Assembly (NCBI RefSeq): GCF_018977255.1
Contig: NW_024704761.1
Coordinates: forward strand, 8,060,001-8,124,000
DNA length: 64,000 bases
Reading direction: 5' to 3'
Source: Callorhinchus milii
Taxonomy: Eukaryota
A program made the translations under genes and the position numbers. The notes beneath the pieces are model-generated. The model was not told the origin of the DNA. It did not search any database and saw only the letters and a program-made list of their open reading frames with translations. Of the stretch, positions 12,301-24,440 are shown one piece after another. Each line of letters begins with the position of its first letter. Within the stretch, counting starts at the first letter, position 1.

Positions 12301-13155
12301 TACTGTGTAACTTCTATCATAGTAGCCTGCAGTTATTATACTCAACTGTTTCAGATCCTTAATGAGAAAATAGATTTCTCCATCAACCATTTTAAGATAT
12401 CCTTTCTTCAACTGACTTCGGTAAACGTGTGGGACAAAAAAATAGGCACGGAAATATTCCCCGACTGCTTTTACCAACAGCTTGAGGTACTGCAACATAA
12501 TACAGATTCTCATGATGCGTGCGTAGCATTGCATTACATATGCTAGCGGTGGAGAGTGGAATTCACTCAAGATGATTGAATACAGCAGTTGCTTCCAGAG
12601 TATAAAAGGCCATACATTTATGAGTACAGTGTGGAAAAGGAGTTATACGAGTCTCTCACACTGGGTAGTTGTCTCCATTCATTTCAAGCCTTTTTTTTTA
12701 AAAAAAGGAACCCATTATGTTTTATGTCAACATAACAAAACTAAAGTGTTACTTCACACCTGAAATACTTTTTATCATATCAGGGAGGTAACCGCTGACC
12801 TCCCACTCCACCCACCCCCATTATTTTCAAAGTTTCAAGCTTTGCTATGTAAATAACCACGGGAAACTATTTTTTTTCAACTGTTCTCGCTTGAATTGCG
12901 CTCGTGTTGTTCCAGTCTCTTGCCATTTGATTCTGCGGCATTGACTTTGTGCCCTTCCATCATTAATTCTCTCAAGCTCCTCTCCTCCAAGTGCCACAAT
13001 GTCCTTTTCAAAGTTCCTCTCTCTGTGTTTTATCTGCGCTTTCCTCAAGGCTTTGCTTGGTCGATTCCTTTACACTTCAATTCCTCTACTGTGACGTACA
13101 CTTATCCACCAGATCCCAACAGGTTTATCAGGGGATCTTTGATCCACATTAGTGA

Positions 13156-13180
13156 TGTGTGTGTGTGTGTGTTTGTGTGT
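13156..13180. repeat. (TG)n microsatellite
   Basis: TGTGTGTGTGTGTGTGTTTGTGTGT. Confidence 0.85.
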
Positions 13181-13580
13181 ACAACCAGGGTTTGGAATGG
13201 CCTCACACCTCTGCTGAAAGGAATACAGCGCTACTGAAGAGATCCACTTAACTAAGCAATACGTTAGCTCTAATGGAGCAAATGGCTTCAATGAGGCAAA
13301 AAGAGCAAACTTTTTTGTTACTTGCTTAGAATGGGATTTCTCCATTTGAGAAAGCGGTTCATTAACAGCAACTGCAAGTGACTAATGAGCATATGGGAGC
13401 AGATGGTTCACTGCGGTCGGTTCGTGAGATCGAATCCCTGTTAGAGCACAGAATTCCTGCATGTCTTCTCTCACCCATTGCAAGCAGGGTCCCCATCAGT
13501 TGCTCTCGAGCCCTTATTAGCAAATTCTTTAGGTCACTGTGTATTTGTGCACAGGTCCCACAAACAGCCATGAAGTGAAG

Positions 13581-13897
13581 AATAATAATAATAATAATCC
13601 TTGCATTTGATATAGCGCCTCATCACGTCGTCGAGGCGTCTCAAAGCGCTTTGCAGAATATACTGTAAAATGTAGTGACTGCGTGTTTTGTGGGCGAAAT
13701 GCGGCAGCCAATTGCGCACAGCAGTGTCCCACAAACAGTCGTGGATTGAGTGACCTTATTATTATTATTATTTGGAGGGGTAATTAACCCAGGAAAGCGA
13801 TTCGCCAATTGACTAACAAGCGGGTTCCTACTTATTGCTAGGTAAACAGAGGCATGTGTGTGGTGTAAGAAAACTCGCCTAAGGTTTTGCCCTGGCT
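13581..13897 (-). mobile_element. SINE family A, long form, head truncated
   Basis: (AAT)6 CCTTGCATTTGATATAGCGCC..GGAAAGCGATTCGCCAATTGACTAACAAG..AAGGTTTTGCCCTG. Confidence 0.92.
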
Positions 13898-13904
13898 TAT
13901 CTGG

Positions 13905-14125
13905 AGGAAATTGCACTGACCAATTACTTGGTGGATTGTTGTCCAGGACCCTGGGAGAAACTCAATCCTCTTTTCAAATACCACTGCTGGATCTTGAACA
14001 TCTGCTCAAGCAGGGAGATGGGACCTGGTTTAATGTCTCATTCGAAGGTCAATGCCTCCAACAGCCCAGGGCTCACCCAGTTCTGTACTGGAACGTCAGC
14101 CCGGATTATGGGCTCAATTCCTGAG
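13905..14125 (-). mobile_element. 5' half of older DeuSINE-like element
   Basis: CCAGGACCCTGGGAGAAACTC..CTCTTTTCAAATA..GGTTTAATGTCTCATTCGAAGG..CTGTACTGGAACGTCAGCCCGGATTATG. Confidence 0.75.
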
Positions 14126-14190
14126 GCAAGTACTTTGCTAGAGCTACCGAATTGATGGTTTATAGTCCTGGTGATGATTAGTAATCCCAG

Positions 14191-14515
14191 AATAATAATA
14201 ATAATAATCCTTGCATTTGATATAGCGCTTTTCACATCAGGAGGGCGTCCCAAAGCGCTTCACAGAACACACTGTAAAGTGAATTGACTGTATATTTGTG
14301 GGCGAACGCGGCAGCCAATTGCGCACAGCAATGTCCCACAAAAAGTCGTAGATTGAAAATGACCAATTTAATTATTGTTTTTTTTTTTTTTTTGGAGGGA
14401 TTATTATTAGGCGTGTGGAGTAAGGAAACTTGCCCAAGGTTTCGCCCTGTCTGGAATTGAACTCAGGTCTCTCACTTGCAAAGCGAGTGCTCCAACCACT
14501 GAGCTACAGGACTCC
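14191..14515 (-). mobile_element. Full-length SINE family A (short form)
   Basis: (AAT)n tail through to head ..CTTGCAAAGCGAGTGCTCCAACCACTGAGCTACAGGACTCC; TGC anticodon loop. Confidence 0.95.
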
Positions 14516-14899
14516 TCAAATACAGAATACGGAGATGTTCAGCTACAGTAGCTCTGGTTCATTTTTTAATGTTAGAAGCAAAATCAGATTAATTAGAGAC
14601 TGAAACCATTTAGCACATTGTGATTAATTGGCAGATTCAACCTTGGTGAGTTTGTTGTCCAACTTTGTGTGAGCCAAGATTTGATAACTCAAACTTTGGA
14701 CAACTTGAACCAGCAAAGATTGGGTCAGGAGGGAAATTAGCAGTTTCAAGCTGAATTCAGTAAAATCAGTGAAGAAGTACTTCAGTGAATGGGATAGGAT
14801 CCAGGGAGAGTTCAGCTGTAATTGTTCAGATAATTTTTGAAGAGGGAGGTGAGAGACATTTTTTTTTCATTTTCCTTAACAGGTCTATTGTCAAGTTTG

Positions 14900-15178
14900 G
14901 GCTTTTCCTTCGAAGTCCCTCTGCTGTTGAGGTGGATGTTCGAGAGCCTGTGGCACTAATGGAAAAGTGAAATGACTTTCGCCTGGTGTCCCGCCAACAA
15001 TCCCCAATCCCCCAGATAAAAATTGATCATTCACTTAATCGCTGCTTGTACGACTTTGCTGGGCGCAAATCTGCTGCTCTGTTCGCCCCCAAAACACAGT
15101 CATTACACTTGAAGCACTTTCAAACGCTCTCCCGATGTGAAAGGCACTACTATACTCATTTCAAGTAATTATTATTAT
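14900..15178 (+). mobile_element. Older DeuSINE-like element
   Basis: GGTGGATGTTCGAGAGCCTGTGGCACTA..GGTGTCCCGCCAACA..TTGCTGGGCGCAAATCTGCTGC..GTGAAAGGCACTA. Confidence 0.7.
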
Positions 15179-15257
15179 GTGAGGTGGAATTTTGACCATT
15201 TTGACCCAAACCCCCTCTCTCTCCACATGCAGGTTCCCCCATTGCAATTCAGACTAT

Positions 15258-15385
15258 CATAATAATCCTTGCATTTGATATAGCGCCTTATCACGTCATT
15301 GAGATGTATCAAAGCGCTTCACAGAATGTATTGTAGAGGGTCGTGACTGAGTATTTTGTGGGCAAAACACAGCAGCCAATTTCCC
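15258..15385 (-). mobile_element. SINE family A 3' fragment
   Basis: AATAATCCTTGCATTTGATATAGCGCCTTATCACGTC..GCAGCCAATT. Confidence 0.88.
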
Positions 15386-17569
15386 GAATGGACCAAGAGA
15401 TCTGGCAAAAAGGCTGCGTCAAGTAGCATTCTGCACCCGGCTGCCAGGAGGTGCCTGTGATAAGCAGAGACTGATATTCTCTCCAGTTTATCTCCCTCTC
15501 CCTCTGGGGAGAACGGCACTCAGTGCCACTAGTCGTCAGAGAGCTTCCACCCCCCAATGGGAACAGGAGCTCATGAAAGTGGCAGGACTGTTCAGCTGTA
15601 CTGAATTAAAAAGGAGCAGGGCTGCACATTAACACTTCTATAAAGATAAAATGACGGCACCGCTCATTACTGCAATGCGCTCTCGATTTAAAAATAAATA
15701 AATATCGTGGAAAAGTTTTGAAAGAGAGCTTAATTTGACCACTGCTTATCGATTGGATTGGTGCGTTCGCTGGCTGCTGATCGGCTGATTAATGGAGAAG
15801 AGAATAAATGCTTAATCCATTCCCTGCTGATGAATTCATGACATTGATTTGCAATTGAATTATTCCAAGTTTAAAGCTCTCTCCTCTGCAGTAATAATAG
15901 ATAGATAGTGTCAATGGAGGAGGGGGGGATGGAACACGCATCAATCTTACTGGGGTGGACAGCCTGACCACTGCAGAACTAGGAATCAGTGCTTGGAATT
16001 TCGATCATATCACAGTCTGGTAACCATTTGTATTTTGTGATAGCGGATTAGTGGGACAGTTGTGCTGTGTACAGTGTCTTGACTTTGCTCCTATTGATGT
16101 GTCAGAATGATGGAGAACAGAGAGAGATCCTGTAATGGCCTCATCAGTTTGCTCACCGTTTTACAATTTCATTCTCACCTCAATCTGTTTTTTAGTTCAG
16201 GCATCAGCAATGGCCTGCTCGCCGGAAACAGAAAATTAAAAGCCAGATTCAGTCTAATAAAAAAAAAGAAACGCTTTTTTTTCAAAAGAGTCTCGGGCAG
16301 TCCCTCATTTCATTAACCCCTTCCTCCACCGCAGCTCTCTGCCGTTTGGTTCGCAAGAAAGCCAAAGCTCTGGGGAAAGGTATATAGTCACTCTGCTGAT
16401 TTGGCTTCGAACGAAATTTGATAACTGGATAGCAAAAGCTCCCTCTCCATCAATCCGCCCTCCCAGCCAACAGTGCCACATTTCACCAGTCGCATTCTCA
16501 TCAAGCACAACAACAACTCTGACGCTTACATTTTCAGTGGAGTTGGTTGGTGGGTGGGGAGCTGGGATTTGCTCAGAAGGATTCAGAATTGAATTCACCA
16601 ACATCCGAACAGTTCCTTTATGGCTGTTTGATTAATGGTGGACGACCCGAGCTCTGTTTTCAAAATTCATTGAATTTCTCATGTTTTCATAATGAACGCA
16701 CAAAATACTTCCAGAACAATGGCCCGATCGTGAGGCGTGTGCGAAAGGCAACGGGATATCAGATACCTGCTGGCTCTTAAATAGTTTGTGTCTGACATTG
16801 ACTGCTTTCTGAATCTGCGTTAAAATAAGAGGGATGAGTTGATCTTGAAGAATCCTAATATAAATCCCTGCTATCATGCTCTGATTTTCCCTGAAATATC
16901 ATCTATTCCCCCCACCCACCTCGCCACCCCCAAACCTACCCCCTCATTATGAGTATGACCTGAGATTGACCTTCTGGCTCATATCATGGGACGTTGAAAC
17001 ACCAACAAAGCTAATGATATGGAACAAAAACACGGCATTCAGCCCAAATAGTCTGGGCCGATCTTTATACTCCACATGAGCCTCCACCCCTTCTATTCTC
17101 TTCTAATCCCTCCTGACGTAGCAATGCCAGCAACAGCTTTTCTGAGGAATCTCCACAGCCTGTTCCCTCCAAGATGGCTCTGTTGGATTTGTCCCGGTGG
17201 GGTCATTGAGCTAAACGTGGCGCTCAGCGTCAAGTGTGATTTAAAAATGGTTGAAATGGGAGCTAACATGATTGCGAGATCGGATGAAAAAGACCCTTCG
17301 GCCTGTTTGATCTCATCCTTGCAAGAATACCCACCCTACCATCTTCCACCGTCTTTGACAGTGCTTCCACGGTCTGCATTGACCCCCAAATGTAATAGCA
17401 GTTGCAAAGTTTGACAGATCCCTGGTGGGCCTTTTGCTGAGTGTTCGGTGATTCAGTTACTTCATTTAATGTTGGCACACAAGCTCAAAGCTTTGGCAGA
17501 AAAGTTTCCAAATAAATAATGTGCTCGGAACTAAAAACGTACAAAGGGAGTCGATTAGAACGTAGAGTG

Positions 17570-17740
17570 GGTTAGAAGCACAGACCTTTCACCTCTGTGA
17601 TCTGGGATCAAATCCAACATGGGCAGTGGCTGTAAAGGTCCTCAATTAAATAAGCTTGTGCAATCACCACTCAAATTCTTTTGTACATGACAGATTACAA
17701 GTGCCCATTATTTGGCAGTAAATTGGCATCTTTATTGCAA
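17570..17740 (+). mobile_element. LF-SINE-like ancient SINE relic
   Basis: CCTTTCACCTCTGTGATCTGGGATCAAATCCA and TTGGCAGTAAATTGGCA match recalled LF-SINE landmarks CCTTTCACCTCT..GGTTCGAATCCAGCCC and TTGGCACTAATTGGCA; homologous to 24040-24440. Confidence 0.55.
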
Positions 17741-18009
17741 GGTCACAAGTGTAATTGGTGTGTGGGAAGTGGGTAGGTTTCAGGCCCAGGGATGTTGAAG
17801 CTGCATTTCTCAGGATGTGTCCAAGACTTCATCTCTCGAGCAGAGTTCAGATCTTGCGCATTCTGAAATATTTTAAGGCAACGATTTTAAGGCGAGGATT
17901 GTGAGGAATTTCAGGCCTGGATTTTTGTGTAACCAACCCATTTAACACAGCATTAGCAAGGTCCCGTAATCAGCTATTAAGAGTCCCATAATCAGCCATG
18001 ATCGTTCTC

Positions 18010-18170
18010 TGTTAAACGCTCTGAGATGCTATTCTGCGTGGAGGGGACTATATAAGTGCACATTGTTGTTGTATTAAGTAAATACAAGGCTTAATCTGTG
18101 AAGCACTTTGAGACGTCTAGAAGACGTGAAAAGCGCTATATCAAATGCAACGATTATTATTATTATAAAT
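18010..18170 (+). mobile_element. L2 type-1 tail followed by SINE family A tail
   Basis: ..GCGTGGAGGGGACTATATAAGTGCACATTGTTGTTG then GTGAAGCACTTTGAGACGTC..AAATGCAACG(ATT)n. Confidence 0.75.
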
Positions 18171-18504
18171 AAACAATTAATCTGGAGACCTCCCCCCAAT
18201 TCTTTTTCAAATAATGTCACAGGATCTTTACTCTCTGAGGGCGTTAGACACAAGCTTGGAAAAGTCTTTCATTTCCCAATACTTGCAAACATTTTCAGAG
18301 TCTAAATAATTCACAACAACTTGCATTTGTATAGCACCCTTCACTGATGGATTATTCCGTTGTGTTATGCATTGGATTCCCATTCTGTGTCAGAGATACA
18401 CTCTGTACGTTCTCACTAATCAAACCGCAGAGAGTCATAAAAACGGGTGTTCCATCAAAGTCTGGATTTTTCCCTTTCCAGCTTTCCTTTTTTTTCCTAC
18501 AAGA

Positions 18505-18690
18505 CCCATCGAAAGACCCTCCTCTTCGACCATGCCTTCGGTCATCCTCCTACCCCTATCCCCCCACCCTCCACCCCTCCTGATCCCAACCACCAGCTTG
18601 GGTGCAGATTCCTGACTGTCCAAAGCCTTGGGACGTCCTCCTGACATGAAAGGTGCTGCACAAATATAATTTGTTATGGTTGTCATTGTT
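18505..18690 (+). mobile_element. L2-clade LINE 3' end (type 2)
   Basis: AAGACCCTCCTCTTCGACCATGCCTTCGG (KTLLFDHAFG)..CCTGATCCCAACCACCAGCTTGGG..CCTTGGGACGTCCTCCTGACATGAAAGGTGCT; several homologues in the window. Confidence 0.85.
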
Positions 18691-19322
18691 CCTTTTAAAT
18701 GATGGAATAAGAGGGAACTTTGCCTGACTCGTAGAAATAAATCCAAGGTTGTGCTGTTCCCTCCACATGGACTCTGAAAAGGACGTTTTGAGTGGGAAAC
18801 CCTGGTAGACCGTTCTTGAAACGATGAAAAGATTTAGAATTACCTCGGAATGATAAAAGCAGATACCATGACATTTTATGGTGACTTGGAGGTCACTGTG
18901 TATACGGTTTTTAAAATGTCTGTTAGAGACTGACTGGAAGTGAACGCTTTGAATGGAGCGTTGCTCCATTTTAAGTCGTAGTATTCCACTTCAAGTGACT
19001 CCATGAATGGGAAGAGTGGACAGTGAGCAGCACTGCTCATTTGCACCAGGGGTGCAGAGGTCAGGAGCAGTAGGGTTAAACGGAAACTACACAAACAGTT
19101 TCGAACTTCTAAAGCACGGCAGCAATGCTAGATTGAGAGATACTAGCGTACAGCTTCATAACTTTACAATTAAATGACAAATCAACAGAATTAATTTCTT
19201 TAATGTTGAAGCTGGTTAAACTATGCTTAGCTTTGGTGAATTGGCATTCGGCGGGGGTCTCGTATAAAGAACGTCATGGATAACTTTTCCATTTAATAAC
19301 TTTTCAAATTATTCGTTTCATT

Positions 19323-19555
19323 CGCAAGATCGGTTCTGATGAAGAAGGCCCTTCAGCCCATTTGATCTAATCCTTCCAGAATGCCCAGCACAGCATCAAG
19401 CTGTATTTTTTTAAAAAAAATTATTCCAGTGACCCAGTCTCAACAACCGTTCCTGGTAACCTGTTCCGCTTGTTAATTACCATCTGGGTAAAGAACTGCT
19501 TCCAGCCATCTGTCCTGAAACTACCCTTTGCTTCCCTGAAATTGTGCCATCTGAC
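19323..19555 (-). mobile_element. CR1-like LINE 3' end
   Basis: GAAGGCCCTTCAGCCCATTTG..CAACAACCGTTCCTGGTAACCTGTTCC..ACCATCTGGGTAAAGAAC; reverse homologue of 35660-36036 and 58710-58955. Confidence 0.7.
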
Positions 19556-20309
19556 ATTTTAAACCAGTAAACTAGCAACACGATCGCTCACAGTAATATG
19601 TCAATCTCATTATTCCAAGCATGCTCAAACAGCGGATTACAATTTCAAACAAGATTCTTTGAGTTGACCCCTCATGAGGGCCCCTCTCTCTATCGTGAAC
19701 TGCGCTGCTTATTTTTATAATTTCCTTCCTGTTGCCATTTCACCTCCCAGGTGACCTTCCACCCCTCTCAGATGGTCAACAAAAAAGATGTGGTCACCTT
19801 GCATATCGTCAAATGACATGCAAATGCTAAGCATGGTTAAAGCTAAGGTTTTGTGATGAGGCCATCACTCCCCCCCCACCCCCCACCCTTATCCCCATTT
19901 GAATGCCACGGCTGAAACCACCAGGAATGTTTGATCTGGTCTATTGTGGAATAATAGAACCACTGTTGTTTCTTGCAGCTTTCCAAGGTTTTCCTGGTAT
20001 TCTGTAGTCATCATCCTGAGCTGTGTTTTGAGCAGGGAGTTGTGATCTATTCCAGTTCTGAATGCCCAGGAGATCCAGCACCTATCTGGTGTTCTGCCAG
20101 TTGCTGTTCCCACCATCTTTTTGTCTGTCGTTTTACCTCCTTTTTTAATCCGAGTTCAGACACCATTTTAAACCAGTTGTGAAGCCCCCCCCCCCCACCC
20201 TCACTCCCCCCGCTCCGCCCCAGACTTTCAGTTCAGTTCTAGCCAGTTGCTGAACGTAGTTACATAGTTACTTCAAGTCACTTATATTATTGGAAAACTA
20301 ATCTACAGA

Positions 20310-20520
20310 AACCATAGAACTTTACAGCACAGAGGGAGGCCATCAGCCCACTGAGTCTGCACTGGCTCTCAAAGCAAAGTGTTCGTTCAACCCCATTGCC
20401 CTGCCTTATCCCTATTACCCCTTCAAGGTCAGGCCTTCATATACCTGTCTACTTCTCTTTTGAAACCCACAATGGACGTTTGAACCTCCAACACTTTGCT
20501 TATCAGGGCATTCCGCATCC
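20310..20520 (-). mobile_element. CR1 3' tail remnant
   Basis: CATAGAACTTTACAGCACAGAGGGAGGCCATCAGCCCA.. Confidence 0.7.
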
Positions 20521-20699
20521 TAATAGAATCACAGATTTTTAGATTCATAGATAACTTTGAGCTGGCTGCGCATAATCTCTTCTGGGGTATTTAAGAATGG
20601 GAAATTTCTTTCAGGTTTAAGTGGTGCCTATGGTTGTTTCTACTCACTTATAAGAGTTGGGTTATTGGTCAATATAAAACGTGTTGGATGGAGCAGAAG

Positions 20700-20900
20700 A
20701 AAACAGTGGAATCGTGGAATTTTACAGCACAGAAGAGCTTCCAAAGCACCGTCCCAGTGCCAGCTCTCTGTAAGAGCTATCAGTTTCCTTTCCCCCTACC
20801 CCACCAACCCGCCCTACATTTTCTCCATACTCTTTCACATTTCTTTCCTTTTGAAAGGTACAGTACAGCTAATTCCTTTTTGCTTTTGAAGGCCACCGTG
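20700..20900 (-). mobile_element. CR1 3' tail remnant
   Basis: GGAATCGTGGAATTTTACAGCACAGAAG..GCCAGCTCTCTGTAAGAGCTATC. Confidence 0.65.
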
Positions 20901-23900
20901 GGTTTCAATTCAGCTAGCGCTTGAAAGGATTCAAATTGGAGCACATGGGAGACAAACGATGTGATAAGGTTACAGAAGCAGATCATCAGAGAGGTTCAGA
21001 TCAAGAAGGCCCTTTGGGCCATTTGATATCATTTTCCACTCCTACCCTCTTTTGGCTGCAGCGTCAAAAGGTTTCACAAATGACCGTCAGTTCCAAATCT
21101 GTACGCCTTACAGCACTTCTCTCTGGGCTTCTGTCTGTCTGCATCCGATTAATATTAATCGTGAGAAAAGTAAACTCTAAGCTCTGAAGTAACAGCTCAA
21201 AGGACACCTCATATCTCTTTGCGTATCCTGCATGAAGCAGGAAAGGTCACGTCTTCTCAAGTCATCACCAATCAGCCGTCGCCCAGGGACAGGATTCAGC
21301 AGTGTCTGATCTCTGTCAATTTCCACCTGATCTCGATCTAACCCTCAAATTCGAACATCAAGCCACATTTATGGAATGCTAACATGTGGTTCCCAGGTGT
21401 TTGCCAAAAGGGATAGCCCCATATTACTTAACAGCTGCCAGGATGTACAATGAGGATTCATACTCAATCAAGCAAAAAAAAAGAAAAAATTCAAGCCATT
21501 TAAAACGCATTAAAAAGTGGAGAACACTTGGTGTGGCTCTGTTGAATTCATTAATCAAATGTGTCAACTCAATAATCCACCGAATTATTTGGATAAACTT
21601 TCTTGGCTGAACTTCTTGAAAGGAAAAAAGAAAGGCTGACCAAATACAATTAACAAAGGTAACAACAACAACAACAAAAAAAATCAAATTTGTTACAGAG
21701 CAATTACAATGTGTAAGAACATTTGCATTGTTCAAAGATTCTGCTCTGCACCTCTGTGGGACGAGTAACTTTTTTTCTGATGCATTGCGGTGTCAGGAAA
21801 GATGGTTGGAAGAATCAATAAATTCAAATACATTATTTAATGGGAAATAAAGTTCCATCCAGTCCATGAAAAATGAGATCCGTTTTAGATACAGTTACCA
21901 AACCTTAACCGGCTCATTGGCTGTTCTCAACGAACGTGACTTAGGTATTCCGAGAAATAGCTTTTTAATTAGACAGAATCATTTGCTTAAGATTGGAGGG
22001 AGATAGAAGTATTTGCTGCTAAGTGCCAGACAGGGGATGATCGATGCATTTAAAAATGAATACAAGTATAAATTGATCGCCTCTAGCCCATAAAACGAGC
22101 GTATCTGATGCAATATAAAATCGAATTATGAAGAACGGAATCCAGATCGTTGCAGATCAATTGCAACCCCCAAAAATCCAACCTTTCATTGCATTTTACA
22201 CCCCAACTCATGCAGACGCAGAATGCATTGTTAGATGTGCACAAGAGAGCTCAACACTTAAACTGGTGGTGTTTGTGTGTAAGCTGACAATACCCTTTCT
22301 AGCCGTAGCGGTAGAAATGCAATAACAATAACTTGAATTAATATTGCGCCCTTCATGTGGGGGTAGCGATTCAGAGTGCTTTCATCAGGGAAGAGAGTGC
22401 ATTGATGCCCACTTAAGATGAACGCTTTGGCTTCTATTGCTATCCATTAAACCAATCCTGCTCCCTTCAGTGAAATTTCAAAGGGCTTTCTTTTCTGCCT
22501 CCTCACTGTTCTTACATAAATATAGCGAGTTACTGTATTTCGCAACTGTGCACTGTATACATGCAAGTTGTTGTTGGTGGGTATTTTTGCTTCACTCTGT
22601 TTTTTTTCAGGTATTGCAAATCCAGGCACCCTTCTCCTCTCTCCTCCTTCGCACACGATTATAAAGGAGTTCTTTTGCCCATGTATCTTTTGCTAAGTTA
22701 CTAGCTGTTGCTAAATTTCAATACATTTCCAGCCAATAAAATAAGACCTATACAGAGTATTCAGTGTTGAAGCAGTTGTTGTAAATCTGCCTCATGCTGT
22801 ATCCAAATTCTGTAAATGAGAATGTTTTACACGAGCAGAAAACCTTTGTCGGTGAGGATTCACTCCAGTTACATTTTTTCACCTTTCACTTGCCTAGTAA
22901 TAGCTGGGAGATGGGCTTTCAGTGGCTACATTAATCCAAATATCAGAGGGGGCATGAAGCAGCTTTGAAAGTTAAAGATGGGGTGAAAGCAAACCAACAA
23001 TGGGTACATTTCCCCCTCTGTCAAAAATACAGATTACAGGAATCTACTGCAGGCTGGTCTGGTGAGAACAGCTGCAGCCTTTGCCTTAAACAAAAGTAAT
23101 CTCTGTTTTCTTGTGTAGAGCATTTTGTTTGGTTATTATGTCACAGAGCCATTTCCAACATCTGTAAAAGCTTGAGGTTGAGAGCTGCGGGTTAATCCAA
23201 TTACTTTATTTGGTGGCTGCATAATCTCACACTGGCACATGCCTGTCCAGCAGGACAGATGTAGCCTATTATTGTGAACATGCAAGTAGAGTGCACAAGC
23301 AGCTGGGAACTAAACGGTTGAGTGAGTGGCCGACACAAGTTTTGATGTTTGTTACGCCAGAGCCAGCGGTAAGGGGCCTTCGGTTATTTGGAGTCTTTGA
23401 CAGAGTGATAAAGGGGATTGGGGACCACGAGGGGTCATTGGCAGGATTTGGGACAAGGACTAGGCTGGTTGACAATTGGGATTAAGGGACACGGCAGGAT
23501 TTGTGAAAGGCAGCCAGCAGGGAGAGGATGGAACATTAGCATTTATGGAATCTGAGCAGTAAACTAGTGATTGTTAAGCAGTTTGTTTCCGTGTGTGGGA
23601 GGAAGAACATAAAATGTAAGGGTGGGGGGGAGGGGATGGTCAGGGGGTGGGAGGAGGAGAACTTCACTGTTACTAGGTACAGTCCTGTGGGTTTGATAGC
23701 TTAAATGTGTTCTGTGTGTGGGGGGAGAGAGAGGGTGTTAAGTGTTGACAGGTATGGAATTCTAGGTTTATGATCCTGATCTGTTCTGTGTGGGGGTGTA
23801 GTCAAGTGCTGATAGTGGTGGAGGATCGCTATGTACTGTAGAGGTTTATAGCAGGCAACTATTTTTGTAGGACAGTAAGTGGGGTTGGGATTTGTATGGG

Positions 23901-24039
23901 GTGGGGGAAGGAAAGAGTGGATTTTGTGCTCATTAAGATGAGCAATATGCAAACGGGAAAAAGAGTAATTTCTTATTCTGCGCCTACAATATCAGAGTCA
24001 AGCATTCCTAATCTATTCTGGAGCACAACACCACCAGCC

Positions 24040-24440
24040 TCCTGTGAACGGGATTGCCAATTTACTGACAATAAGGGGAGTTTGGTGCCCTCTGCTCATG
24101 CTAAGCAGAAGCCAAGATGAGACTAACCCAGACTCTTTTCCCCCAGGACCTCACAGTCACAAGAAGTTTTCCAATTCCACCATTGGGCTGGATTTGAACC
24201 CAAATAATAATAATAATCCTTGCATTTAATATAATGGCTTACCACATTGTTGAGATGTCTGAAACTGCTTCGAAGAATAGACTGTAAAGTGGATGAACTC
24301 TATATTTTGTGGGCGAAACGCGGCATTTAATAATATTAATAATTCTTGCATTTTATACGGCGCCTTATCACATCTTATTTTTCTTTCATTTGAACCCAAA
24401 GTCCCGATGAGGTTGTCACACTGAGCTCAGTGGCTAAATC
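24040..24440 (-). mobile_element. LF-SINE-like relic interrupted by a SINE family A insertion (24205-24387)
   Basis: Minus strand GGGTTCAAATCCAGCCCA..GAGTCTGGGTTAGTCTCA..TTGTCAGTAAATTGGCA; 13-bp TSD ATTTGAACCCAAA at 24192-24204 and 24388-24400. Confidence 0.6.

Noticed and set aside
16305-16660. Minus-strand exon ending at AAT|GTAAGC
   Set aside because: The upstream acceptor gives stops in all frames, the alternative acceptor is poor, and the peptide is unrecognisable.
23620-23655. G-quadruplex-like G runs (also 45190-45213, 62874-62892, C-rich 20185-20220)
   Set aside because: Simple homopolymer expansions with no promoter or other functional context visible.
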